Origin: Clostridia bacterium
Lineage (GTDB): Bacteria; Bacillota; Clostridia; Oscillospirales; CAG-272
Assembly: GCA_017504405.1 (NCBI GenBank)
Contig: JAFVRG010000002.1
Location: forward strand, 39,278 to 103,277
Direction: 5' to 3'
Length of the DNA: 64,000 nt
The notes beneath the pieces were generated by a model that was not told where the DNA came from, made no database searches, and worked only from the letters and a program-made list of their open reading frames with translations. Shown here piece by piece: positions 1 through 8,448 of this stretch. Numbering within the stretch: the stretch's first letter is position 1; every line of letters begins with the position of its first letter. The position numbers and the translations under genes were made by a program.

Positions 1-68
1 CCTATTATTCTGCTGGTGAGCAGCGTTCCCTGTCCGCCAACACCTACAATCATTATATTTTTCGTCAT
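1..68 (-). CDS. iorB: Indolepyruvate:ferredoxin oxidoreductase beta subunit, N-terminus only (runs off window)
   Basis: Manual translation MTKNIMIVGVGGQGTLLTSRII has the GVGGQG motif of IorB/POR-gamma; starts 2 nt after the iorA stop. Confidence 0.85.
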   Translation of the reverse strand, partial: MTKNIMIVGVGGQGTLLTSRII

Positions 69-70
69 AA

Positions 71-1810
71 TTATCTCTCCACCGTTTCGATTGCACCGAA
101 TTTACAATAATTCTTGCACAGGCCACAGCCGTTGCACATGGTTGCGTCAATTTTCACCTTGCCGTCAGCTCCACGTGTCATTGCAGGGCATCCGATTCTC
201 ATACAAGCTCCGCACTTCTTGCAGGCGTCTGCATTAACCCTGCACACGCTCGTGAATTTCTGCCCTTTAAGCAGAACGCACGGTGCCTTTGCTATTATCA
301 CAGTAAGCTCGTCGCTGTTTACACTTGCCTTTACGGTTTCCTCAAGCCCCTTAACGTCAAAGGAGTTAATCTCTATTACGTTCTTAACTCCCACAGCACG
401 GCAAAGCTCGGAGAGGTTTATTGCATAGGTTTCTTCACCCTTCAAGGTTTTTCCCGTAGCCGCATGCTCCTGGTGTCCTGTCATTCCCGTTGTGCGATTG
501 TCAAGAATAATAACAGTACCGCTCGACTTGTTATAAACCATATTGATAAGCGAGTTTATTCCTGTATGTAAGAAGGTGGAATCGCCTATTACGGCAACCC
601 AATTCTTTATGAATTCCTTGCCGCGTGCCTTTTCCATTCCGTGGAGAGCAGATATGCTGGCGCCCATACATATTGTGGTGTCGATTACGCTCAGCGGAGC
701 AACTGCGCCGAGAGTATAGCAGCCTATATCGCCCGATGCGTGAATTTTCAGCTTGCTCAGCACCGAGAACACACTCCTGTGAGGGCATCCCGGGCAGAGT
801 ATCGGGGGACGTGCGGGAGCATCCTTCTTCTCAAATACAGCCTCGTCCTTTCCAAAAAGGACACGTCTAAGCATATTTGCGCTGTATTCGCCCTGTCTTG
901 TGAACAGCTCCTTGCCCTTAACGTCAAAGCCCCAAGCTCTCACCTGCTCCTCGATAACCGGCTCAAGCTCCTCAAACACGTATACCGTTTCAACCTGATT
1001 TACAAACTCCTCTATAAGCTCACGTGGAATGGGATTTACAAGTCCGAGCTTAAGCACGCTGGCATCGGGGCATACCTCCTTTACGTACTGATATGCGATA
1101 CCTGCGGTTATAAATCCGATTTTTTTATCGTTTATCTCGATTTTGTTGACGGGAAGGCTCTTTGCGTCCTTAGCGAGTCGGTTTTCCCTGTCCTCGACAA
1201 CGAGGTGTCTGCCGATAGCGGAGGCAGGCATCATTACGTATTTTGAAAGATTTCTCGAATACTCCTTATCCTCAACCTCAACACGCTCGCACAGCTCAAC
1301 CGCACTCTGCGAATGCGCAAGCTTGGTTGTCGTACGCAAAATAACGGGGGTGTCGTACTTCTCACTCAGCTCATAGCCGTATTTTACAAAATCCTTCGCC
1401 TCCTGGCTGTCGGACGGCTCAAGCACGGGAACGTGCGCCGCACGTGCTATCATTCTCGTATCCTGCTCGTTCTGCGAGCTGGCAAGTCCGGGGTCGTCGG
1501 CAACAACTATTACCGAGCCTCCGTTAACACCCGTATATGCGAACGTGTAGAGGGGGTCGCTCGCAACGTTAAGTCCCACGTGCTTCATACACGCAAGGCT
1601 TCTCACGCCGGATATGGATGCGCCGATTGCCACCTCTGCGGCAACCTTTTCGTTAGGCGCCCATTCGGTATATACCTCCTCGTATTTTGCAAGATATTCG
1701 CTTATCTCCGTGCTCGGTGTTCCGGGATATGCGCTCGACAGCTTAACCCCTGCCTCAAATGCTCCCCTCGCTATTGCCTCATTTCCGAGCATAATAGTCT
1801 TGTTAGCCAC
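71..1810 (-). CDS. iorA: Indolepyruvate:ferredoxin oxidoreductase alpha subunit
   Basis: LGNEAIARG, YPGTPSTE, MKHVGLNVA, CPGCPHR, GDIGCY and GDSTF (TPP) motifs; two C-terminal 4Fe-4S CxxCxxC motifs. Confidence 0.93.
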   Translation of the reverse strand: MANKTIMLGNEAIARGAFEAGVKLSSAYPGTPSTEISEYLAKYEEVYTEWAPNEKVAAEVAIGASISGVRSLACMKHVGLNVASDPLYTFAYTGVNGGSVIVVADDPGLASSQNEQDTRMIARAAHVPVLEPSDSQEAKDFVKYGYELSEKYDTPVILRTTTKLAHSQSAVELCERVEVEDKEYSRNLSKYVMMPASAIGRHLVVEDRENRLAKDAKSLPVNKIEINDKKIGFITAGIAYQYVKEVCPDASVLKLGLVNPIPRELIEEFVNQVETVYVFEELEPVIEEQVRAWGFDVKGKELFTRQGEYSANMLRRVLFGKDEAVFEKKDAPARPPILCPGCPHRSVFSVLSKLKIHASGDIGCYTLGAVAPLSVIDTTICMGASISALHGMEKARGKEFIKNWVAVIGDSTFLHTGINSLINMVYNKSSGTVIILDNRTTGMTGHQEHAATGKTLKGEETYAINLSELCRAVGVKNVIEINSFDVKGLEETVKASVNSDELTVIIAKAPCVLLKGQKFTSVCRVNADACKKCGACMRIGCPAMTRGADGKVKIDATMCNGCGLCKNYCKFGAIETVER

Positions 1811-1811
1811 T

Positions 1812-3110
1812 TTATTTACTCCTTAAATCCTTTACTCTTTTTGCTTTGCCCTCGAATCTTTGCAGGGTGTTGGGGGATTCCAACATTACCTTTGCATCAA
1901 GTCCGAGGATTACCTTCAGCTTATTTTTAACCGTTGCGGTTATTCTTTCAAGCACCGAGAAGGAATCGGTTACCTGCGCGAGCTCTACCTTAACGGTCAG
2001 CTTATCGAGGTATCCCTCTCTTTCGAGAATAATCTCATAATGAGGACCAAGCTCCTCAACGCTGAGGATTACCTCCTCAATCTGACTTGGGAATACGTTT
2101 ACGCCACGGATTTTAAGCATATCGTCGCTTCTTCCCGACAGATTTTCCATTCTGCAGAAGGTTCTTCCGCACTTGCACTTATCGTAGAACAGACGGGTTA
2201 TATCCTTTGTTCTGTACCTTATAAGCGGTAACCCCTCTTTCTTTATGCAGGTGATTACGAGCTCGCCCTTCTCTCCTGCGGGTAAGACATCACCCGTAGC
2301 AGGGTCTATTATTTCGGGGATAAAGTAATCCTCGTTTATGTGCATACCGCAATGCTCTGTGCATTCGCCCGAAACGCCGGGACCCATAAGCTCACTCATT
2401 CCGTAGTTTGAGGTAATGAGCAAATCCTTGCCCCAATACTTATGCATTTCCTCACGCATAGCATCGGTTAAAAGCTCACTGCCGACGAGGGCGATTTTTA
2501 CCTTCAAATCTCTCTCGGGCTCAACGCCCATCTCTCTCGCAACCTCGGCAAGACGCAGGGCGTACGACGGAGTTGCAACTAACAGAGAGGTTTCAAAATC
2601 CTGCATATACATTATCTGCTTCTGCGAATTTCCCGTAGAGGACGGAACTATCGCCGCACCTATGTTTTCAAGTCCGTAGTGCAGTCCGAGCGCTCCCGTA
2701 AACATTCCGTAGCCGAAGCATATCTGCGCTACGTCCTTCGAGCTTGCTCCGCCCATACAGGCGATTCTGGATACGCACTCCGTCCAGGTTTCGAGGTCCC
2801 CCCTCGTATATCCGACAACCGTCGGCTTACCCGTCGTTCCGCTGGATGCGTGTATACGGACAAGCTCGTCCTTATCAACCGCAAAAAGTCCGAAGGGATA
2901 GTTATCTCTCATATCCTGCTTTGTAACAAACGGCAGACGTGACAAATCGGACAGCTCCCGAATATCCTCGGGACGCACTCCCGCCTCGTCCATTTTCCTT
3001 GCGTAAGCAGGCACCCTTTCATATACTCTATGTACCGTTTCCTTTAACCGCTCGAGCTGTATTTTTTCAATTTCCTCTCTCGGCAGTGTTTCTTCCTTAG
3101 ACCAGATCAT
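1812..3110 (-). CDS. paaK: Phenylacetate-CoA ligase
   Basis: HASSGTTGKP AMP-binding motif, YGMSE, RYRTKD, GRSDDMLKIRGVNVFPSQIE; 432 aa. Confidence 0.92.
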   Translation of the reverse strand: MIWSKEETLPREEIEKIQLERLKETVHRVYERVPAYARKMDEAGVRPEDIRELSDLSRLPFVTKQDMRDNYPFGLFAVDKDELVRIHASSGTTGKPTVVGYTRGDLETWTECVSRIACMGGASSKDVAQICFGYGMFTGALGLHYGLENIGAAIVPSSTGNSQKQIMYMQDFETSLLVATPSYALRLAEVAREMGVEPERDLKVKIALVGSELLTDAMREEMHKYWGKDLLITSNYGMSELMGPGVSGECTEHCGMHINEDYFIPEIIDPATGDVLPAGEKGELVITCIKKEGLPLIRYRTKDITRLFYDKCKCGRTFCRMENLSGRSDDMLKIRGVNVFPSQIEEVILSVEELGPHYEIILEREGYLDKLTVKVELAQVTDSFSVLERITATVKNKLKVILGLDAKVMLESPNTLQRFEGKAKRVKDLRSK

Positions 3111-3128
3111 TTTAACTCCTTAAAGTCT

Positions 3129-4673
3129 TTATTTTATTTCTCCCTCGAAGCTCTTATCAAACGCCTCGGCGAGGATGGAGTCGTCAGGCTTCCTTGTGAG
3201 CAAGCTGACGGCTACTGTAATTATCAGCGAGAATATCATGCATATAACTCCGATTAGCGGAGAGGTTGCAACACCGCTCTTGAGCGCTCCTGCAAAGGAT
3301 ACGTCCCAACCGTTTTTGTCGTAGCCAAACACTATAACGAGCACAACAGTCAAAACGAGCGAGCTGATTACCGACGACCATACCGCAGGCTTAGTCACAC
3401 GCTTCCAGATAACTCCGAGAACGTATGGGCCCATGAAGCAACCGGCAAGTGTTCCCCAGCTTATTCCCATCATATATGCGATAGCTGCAATTCCGAACTT
3501 CTCGTTGAGAATTGCAAGAATTACGGAAATTGCAACAAACACAAGACACAAAATTCTCATAACCGTGTTTACCCGTTTGTCGCTCGCATCACGTCTCACA
3601 GCTCCCTTATACATATCGACAGCGATTACCGATGCGCTCGCAAGAGAAACAGAAGAGAGCGTTGACATGCTGGCAGAGAGAATCAGAACTGCGATAATTC
3701 CCGTAAGTCCCGCAGGTATAGCGATTTTAAGCATTGTAGGAATAACCAACGCATCGGAAACCGTGTAGGTTTCGGGGAAGAATATGCTGAGCGCACCCGT
3801 AAAGTATGCAATAAAGCCTATAATCAGCGCAAATGCAGTGCTGACTACAACACCCTGAGTTATCGCCCTCTTATCGCGGACGGCGTAATATTTATGTATC
3901 GTCTGAGGAAGAGCCCATACACCGAGCGAGGTCAAAAGAATGAGAGCAATCAAGGACACGGTAGTACCGTAGAGTCCCGAGCCCGCATCCGAGCCAAAGG
4001 TTACCCAGGTGAGATTGGGGTTGTTTACAAGGCTTGATATATCCCAATTAACTCTGTCATGGTTCATAAAGCACAGTATCATACAGACAACGCCTATAAT
4101 CATGATAATACCCTGAATGAAATCCGAGAGCGCAGTTGCAAAATATCCGCCGAAGAAAAGATAGAGCGCCGTCAAGAAGGCAAGGCATATCATCACTATC
4201 CAACCGGGTATTCCGTATACGATTTCAAACAGGCTGCTGATACCGTTGTATACCGATGCCGAATAGGGTATGAGGAATATGAATATTACAACAGCGGAGA
4301 AAATCTTCATCTTACTGTCGCCGTATCTCTTTTCAAAAAACTCCGGCATTGTTTTTGTGCCGAGCCTTTGCGTCATATTCCTAGTCCTCTTAGCAAGAAC
4401 AAGCCACGCAATGAGCGTTCCGATAATGGCATTTCCTATACCTATCCATACTGAGGCAAGTCCGAAGGAGCGTCCGAACTGACCCGCATAGCCTATGAAA
4501 ATGACCGCCGAAAAATACGTAGTTCCGTAGGCAAACGCCGTCATCCAGCCGTTAAGACCCTTTTTGCCTGCAAGCAAAAAATCGTTCACCGAGCCCGAGC
4601 GGCTCTTCGTGTAAAAGGCGATGGCAACCATAGACAGTGCATACAGCGCCAAAATAATGTAATCAAGTACCAT
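3129..4673 (-). CDS. Sodium:solute symporter (SSS/SLC5 family)
   Basis: Many TM helices, DFLLAG, TMPEFFEKRY, SDFIQG, SASMST motifs; probable start ATG 4673 (MVLDYII). Confidence 0.88.
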   Translation of the reverse strand: MVLDYIILALYALSMVAIAFYTKSRSGSVNDFLLAGKKGLNGWMTAFAYGTTYFSAVIFIGYAGQFGRSFGLASVWIGIGNAIIGTLIAWLVLAKRTRNMTQRLGTKTMPEFFEKRYGDSKMKIFSAVVIFIFLIPYSASVYNGISSLFEIVYGIPGWIVMICLAFLTALYLFFGGYFATALSDFIQGIIMIIGVVCMILCFMNHDRVNWDISSLVNNPNLTWVTFGSDAGSGLYGTTVSLIALILLTSLGVWALPQTIHKYYAVRDKRAITQGVVVSTAFALIIGFIAYFTGALSIFFPETYTVSDALVIPTMLKIAIPAGLTGIIAVLILSASMSTLSSVSLASASVIAVDMYKGAVRRDASDKRVNTVMRILCLVFVAISVILAILNEKFGIAAIAYMMGISWGTLAGCFMGPYVLGVIWKRVTKPAVWSSVISSLVLTVVLVIVFGYDKNGWDVSFAGALKSGVATSPLIGVICMIFSLIITVAVSLLTRKPDDSILAEAFDKSFEGEIK

Positions 4674-4876
4674 AAAAAACCTCGTGTGCGTGTGTGAATA
4701 CATAATATAATAAATATGATAGCACAATTTATATACAAAGTCAATAACGGTATTGAATATTTATTCTTAAAAGCCTGCTTTTTATACGAATGACGATATT
4801 TTTACCAATTGTATTGAATTATTCTTGAAAAGGTGATATAATTGTTTTGAAAAAGCAAGTTCCATTGGAGATTAAA

Positions 4877-6022
4877 ATGAAAAACTTTGAGGTGAAAACA
4901 AAAATATGCTTCGGCGAGAAGGCTCTTGAAAGGCTTTCGCATCTTCCGTACAAGAGCGCAGTCGTCATTGCCGACCCGTTTGTAAAGAGCAGCGGGATGA
5001 TAAGGCTGATAACCGACCCTCTCGACAGGGGTGGTGTGAAATACACAGTATACACCGACGTTATACCCGACCCCCCTGTTGATAAGGTAATTGACGGAGT
5101 TGCTGCTATAATGAAGGCACGTCCCGAATGTATCGTTGCTGTGGGCGGCGGCTCGGCTATCGACCTGTCCAAGTCGATAAGGAAGTTTGCAACCGAGCTT
5201 GACAAAACCTTTAACCCCTGGATGATAGCGATTCCCACCACCTCGGGAACAGGCAGCGAGGTAACCTCATTCTCTGTCATAACCGACCCGAAGGCAGGCG
5301 TTAAATATCCCCTGTCAGAATATTCAATGATTCCCGACGAGGCAATTTTGGACGAGGAGCTGGTAAAGAGCGTACCCCCTACGGTTACAGCCGATACGGG
5401 AATGGACGTTATGACACACGCAATAGAGGCATACGTGTCCCTGAATAACAACGAATTTTCTGCCGCATTGGCAGAAAAGGCTGTTGAAATCTGCGGACAG
5501 TTCCTTTTGCGCTCATATAACGACAACAACGACACCCACGCAAGAAGAAAGATGCATATAGCATCCTGCCTCGCAGGACTCGCATTCAATTCAGCCTCAC
5601 TCGGTCTTTGTCACGGAATGGCTCACCAGCTTGGTGCTACATTCCATATTCCTCACGGACGTGCAAACGCAATGCTGCTCCCTCACATAATCGAATTCAA
5701 TGCCGACATCAATATGCACTCAAAGAGCAAAAAGGAGTATGCTCCCTGCGTCCGTAAATACTGTAATATGGCGAGAACGCTCGGCGTTTATAACCTTAAC
5801 GAAATAACAACAATACGTGCTTTCGTTTCCTACATACAGTTTATGAACAAGGAAATGAATATACCTCTCAACATCTCCTCGATAGGTACGATAAGTGAGA
5901 GTGAGTATATGGCAAAAATCGAATTTATGGCAGAGGCTGCTCTGCGTGATGCCTGCACCGCTACCAACCCCAGAGTTCCGACAAAGGCTGAGGTTGTTGA
6001 TATGTATAAAAGGCTTTGGTAA
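4877..6022 (+). CDS. Iron-containing alcohol dehydrogenase (PduQ/1-propanol dehydrogenase-like)
   Basis: GGGSAID, IPTTSGTGSEVT, DVMTHAIEA, CHGMAHQLG and HGRAN metal ligands; GGAG RBS before ATG 4877. Confidence 0.9.
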   Translation: MKNFEVKTKICFGEKALERLSHLPYKSAVVIADPFVKSSGMIRLITDPLDRGGVKYTVYTDVIPDPPVDKVIDGVAAIMKARPECIVAVGGGSAIDLSKSIRKFATELDKTFNPWMIAIPTTSGTGSEVTSFSVITDPKAGVKYPLSEYSMIPDEAILDEELVKSVPPTVTADTGMDVMTHAIEAYVSLNNNEFSAALAEKAVEICGQFLLRSYNDNNDTHARRKMHIASCLAGLAFNSASLGLCHGMAHQLGATFHIPHGRANAMLLPHIIEFNADINMHSKSKKEYAPCVRKYCNMARTLGVYNLNEITTIRAFVSYIQFMNKEMNIPLNISSIGTISESEYMAKIEFMAEAALRDACTATNPRVPTKAEVVDMYKRLW

Positions 6023-6060
6023 TACATAACCTTTGTTATTACCAACAAAAAATTGCAAAT

Positions 6061-6100
6061 AAAAATCGGCTGTCCCAAACACACGGGATAGCCGATTTTT
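6061..6100. terminator. Bidirectional intrinsic terminator
   Basis: AAAAATCGGCTGTCCC...GGGATAGCCGATTTTT hairpin between convergent genes. Confidence 0.75.
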
Positions 6101-6114
6101 CATATAAGATACTT

Positions 6115-7491
6115 TTAGATGAAGGGGGAGATAACTCCGTATACGAGAATTGCACCCACAATGAGGGGCAAAACGTATGCGCAGTATATTCTCATCCAAT
6201 TTCCGACCTTAAGACCCTGTCCGAGATTTGCCTCTTGTTGATAGTTTTTAAAGCCCCAGCCGAATTTATGCGAGCAGAAAAGCACCATAACGAGAGAGCC
6301 AATCGGCAGAAGAATATTGCTGACAAGATAGTCCTCAAGGTCGAGCACAGTCCAGCCGTCTTTTATAAAATCAAGAGTGGGAATGAGGTTGAAGCCGAAA
6401 AGACAGGGGAGAGCAAGGACAAAAATTCCGATTCCACCGATAAGGCAGGTCTTTTTCTTGCTCCAGCCCGTGAGCTCCTGCACGCAGGAAATTATATTCT
6501 GGAACACAGCGAGCACCGTTGAAAATGCCGCAAAGGACATAAATACAAAGAACAGAGTTCCCCATATTCTTCCGCCCGTCATTTCCATAAACACTCTTGG
6601 CAGGGTTATGAATATAAGGCTCGGACCTGCATCGGGTGTTATTCCGAAGCTGAAGCAGGCGGGGAATATTATCAGTCCCGATGTAAATGCAACAAAGGTA
6701 TCGAGCACCGCAACGTTTACGCTTTCGCCAAGGAGCGAGCGCTCCTTGCCGATGAAGCTACCGAATATCGCCATAGAGCCAATACCCAAGCTGAGAGTGA
6801 AGAACGCCTGGTTCATAGCCGCCACTATGATATTAAACAGTCCTGCCTCTTTCATTCTGTCGAGCGAGGGAACAAGGTAGAATTTAAGTCCCTCGGAAGC
6901 GCCGTCGAGCAGACAGCTGTTTACGGCGAGAATGATTATGAGCGCCAGAAGGGCGAGCATAAGATATTTCGTTACCGATTCAAGTCCCTTCTGCATATCA
7001 AAGGAGCATACAAGAAATCCGAGAGCCACAACAACGGCGAGGAATATCACAAGCACCCAAGGCTGTGAGAGCATACCGTCAAATACGCCCGCAACCGCAT
7101 CGGGAGCTTTTTCAACCGTATCGAATTTGCCCGTGAGCATATAGCAGAAATACTGGAACATCCAACCGCAGACAGAGGTGTAAAACATCATTAAGAGAAT
7201 ATTTCCAACCAAAGAGGCGTAGCCGTGCCATTTCCAGCGCTTCGGCTTATCCGTGAGCTTATCGTACATTTTAACAGGGCTCGCCTGTGAGGCACGTCCC
7301 AACGAAAATTCCATAGACATAACGGGGATGCCCATAATGACGAGGAACAAAAGGTATATAAGGACAAATATTCCTCCGCCGTACTGTCCCGTTATATACG
7401 GGAATTTCCATACGTTTCCTATTCCGATTGCGCAGCCTGCGCTTAGCAGAATGAAGCCAAGACGGCTACCGAGCTTTTCTCTTTTTTCCAT
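6115..7491 (-). CDS. Sodium-dependent transporter, NSS/SNF family
   Basis: REKLGSRLGFILLSAGCAIGIGNVWKFPY, QAFFTLSLG, GPSLIFITLP motifs. Confidence 0.92.
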   Translation of the reverse strand: MEKREKLGSRLGFILLSAGCAIGIGNVWKFPYITGQYGGGIFVLIYLLFLVIMGIPVMSMEFSLGRASQASPVKMYDKLTDKPKRWKWHGYASLVGNILLMMFYTSVCGWMFQYFCYMLTGKFDTVEKAPDAVAGVFDGMLSQPWVLVIFLAVVVALGFLVCSFDMQKGLESVTKYLMLALLALIIILAVNSCLLDGASEGLKFYLVPSLDRMKEAGLFNIIVAAMNQAFFTLSLGIGSMAIFGSFIGKERSLLGESVNVAVLDTFVAFTSGLIIFPACFSFGITPDAGPSLIFITLPRVFMEMTGGRIWGTLFFVFMSFAAFSTVLAVFQNIISCVQELTGWSKKKTCLIGGIGIFVLALPCLFGFNLIPTLDFIKDGWTVLDLEDYLVSNILLPIGSLVMVLFCSHKFGWGFKNYQQEANLGQGLKVGNWMRIYCAYVLPLIVGAILVYGVISPFI

Positions 7492-7533
7492 ATCAAATCT
7501 CCAATGCTTTGTAAAATACTGTTTTGTTAAAAA

Positions 7534-8319
7534 TCACTTGTCGCCTGCGTTTGGCTTTTTCAGCATAGAAAGCCACGCACGGGAAAGAATTGAGTCGGGG
7601 AGCAGCTTGAACATAACGTGCTGAAGCTTTGTAAACCAGTTGGTAACCGACATGACCTTGCCCTTTTTAGCATCCTTTATTGCCTTTGCCACAACACGCT
7701 CGGCATCGAGCAGGGGGCTGTACTTTTTGGGCGTTCTGACGCTTGTGTCCTCGGTTGCTATGCCCAAAAACTCAGTCTTAACCCAACCGGGACAGAATGC
7801 GGTTGTGCTGATTCCAAGGGGTTTCAACTCATATTTAAGCGCCTTCGTATAATGAAGCACGAAGGATTTTGAGGATGCGTACACGTTGAAATTCGGCAGG
7901 GGTGTGAAGCAGGAGCCCGAGCCGAGCTGTATAATGTGCGAGCCACGTGGCATATATTTTACGCACATATGAGTAATGAGGACGAGCGCCTTCACGTTCA
8001 AATCTATCATATCTGACACGTCTCTCTCGGACAGCTGAGAATAATCTCCGAACTTGCCAAAGCCCGATGCGTTTACAAGATACTGAACCGAGGGATTATC
8101 CCCCTCGAGCGCCTCTCTTACCGAGCCTATTCCCTCGGCAGTTGTCAGGTCCGCCTCGATAATTTTTGCATTACCGCCAAGCTCGTCCTTTAACGCCGCA
8201 AGTCTCTCACGGCGGCGTGCGACTATATAGAAAAAGTCAGCCTCGCCTTTATTGTACAGTTGAAGCGCAAACTGTCTGCCTATTCCCGATGATGCACCTG
8301 TGATAATCGCCGCTCTCAT
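7534..8319 (-). CDS. Short-chain dehydrogenase/reductase
   Basis: TGASSGIG, NASGFG, YASSK (YxxxK). Confidence 0.9.
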   Translation of the reverse strand: MRAAIITGASSGIGRQFALQLYNKGEADFFYIVARRRERLAALKDELGGNAKIIEADLTTAEGIGSVREALEGDNPSVQYLVNASGFGKFGDYSQLSERDVSDMIDLNVKALVLITHMCVKYMPRGSHIIQLGSGSCFTPLPNFNVYASSKSFVLHYTKALKYELKPLGISTTAFCPGWVKTEFLGIATEDTSVRTPKKYSPLLDAERVVAKAIKDAKKGKVMSVTNWFTKLQHVMFKLLPDSILSRAWLSMLKKPNAGDK

Positions 8320-8392
8320 AGCATTCTCCTTTTCATTACATAATTATATAATAGCAGATTTTTTGCAGTTTTGCAATAGTAAGTTTGTTTGC

Positions 8393-8421
8393 TTGACAAC
8401 AAATGCGGCGTGTGATAAAAT
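8393..8421 (+). promoter_or_regulatory. Sigma-A promoter of helicase gene
   Basis: TTGACA-17 nt-TAAAAT with TG extension. Confidence 0.65.
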
Positions 8422-8448
8422 GTTTTTGTTAAGAAAGGGGGGGAGTGT

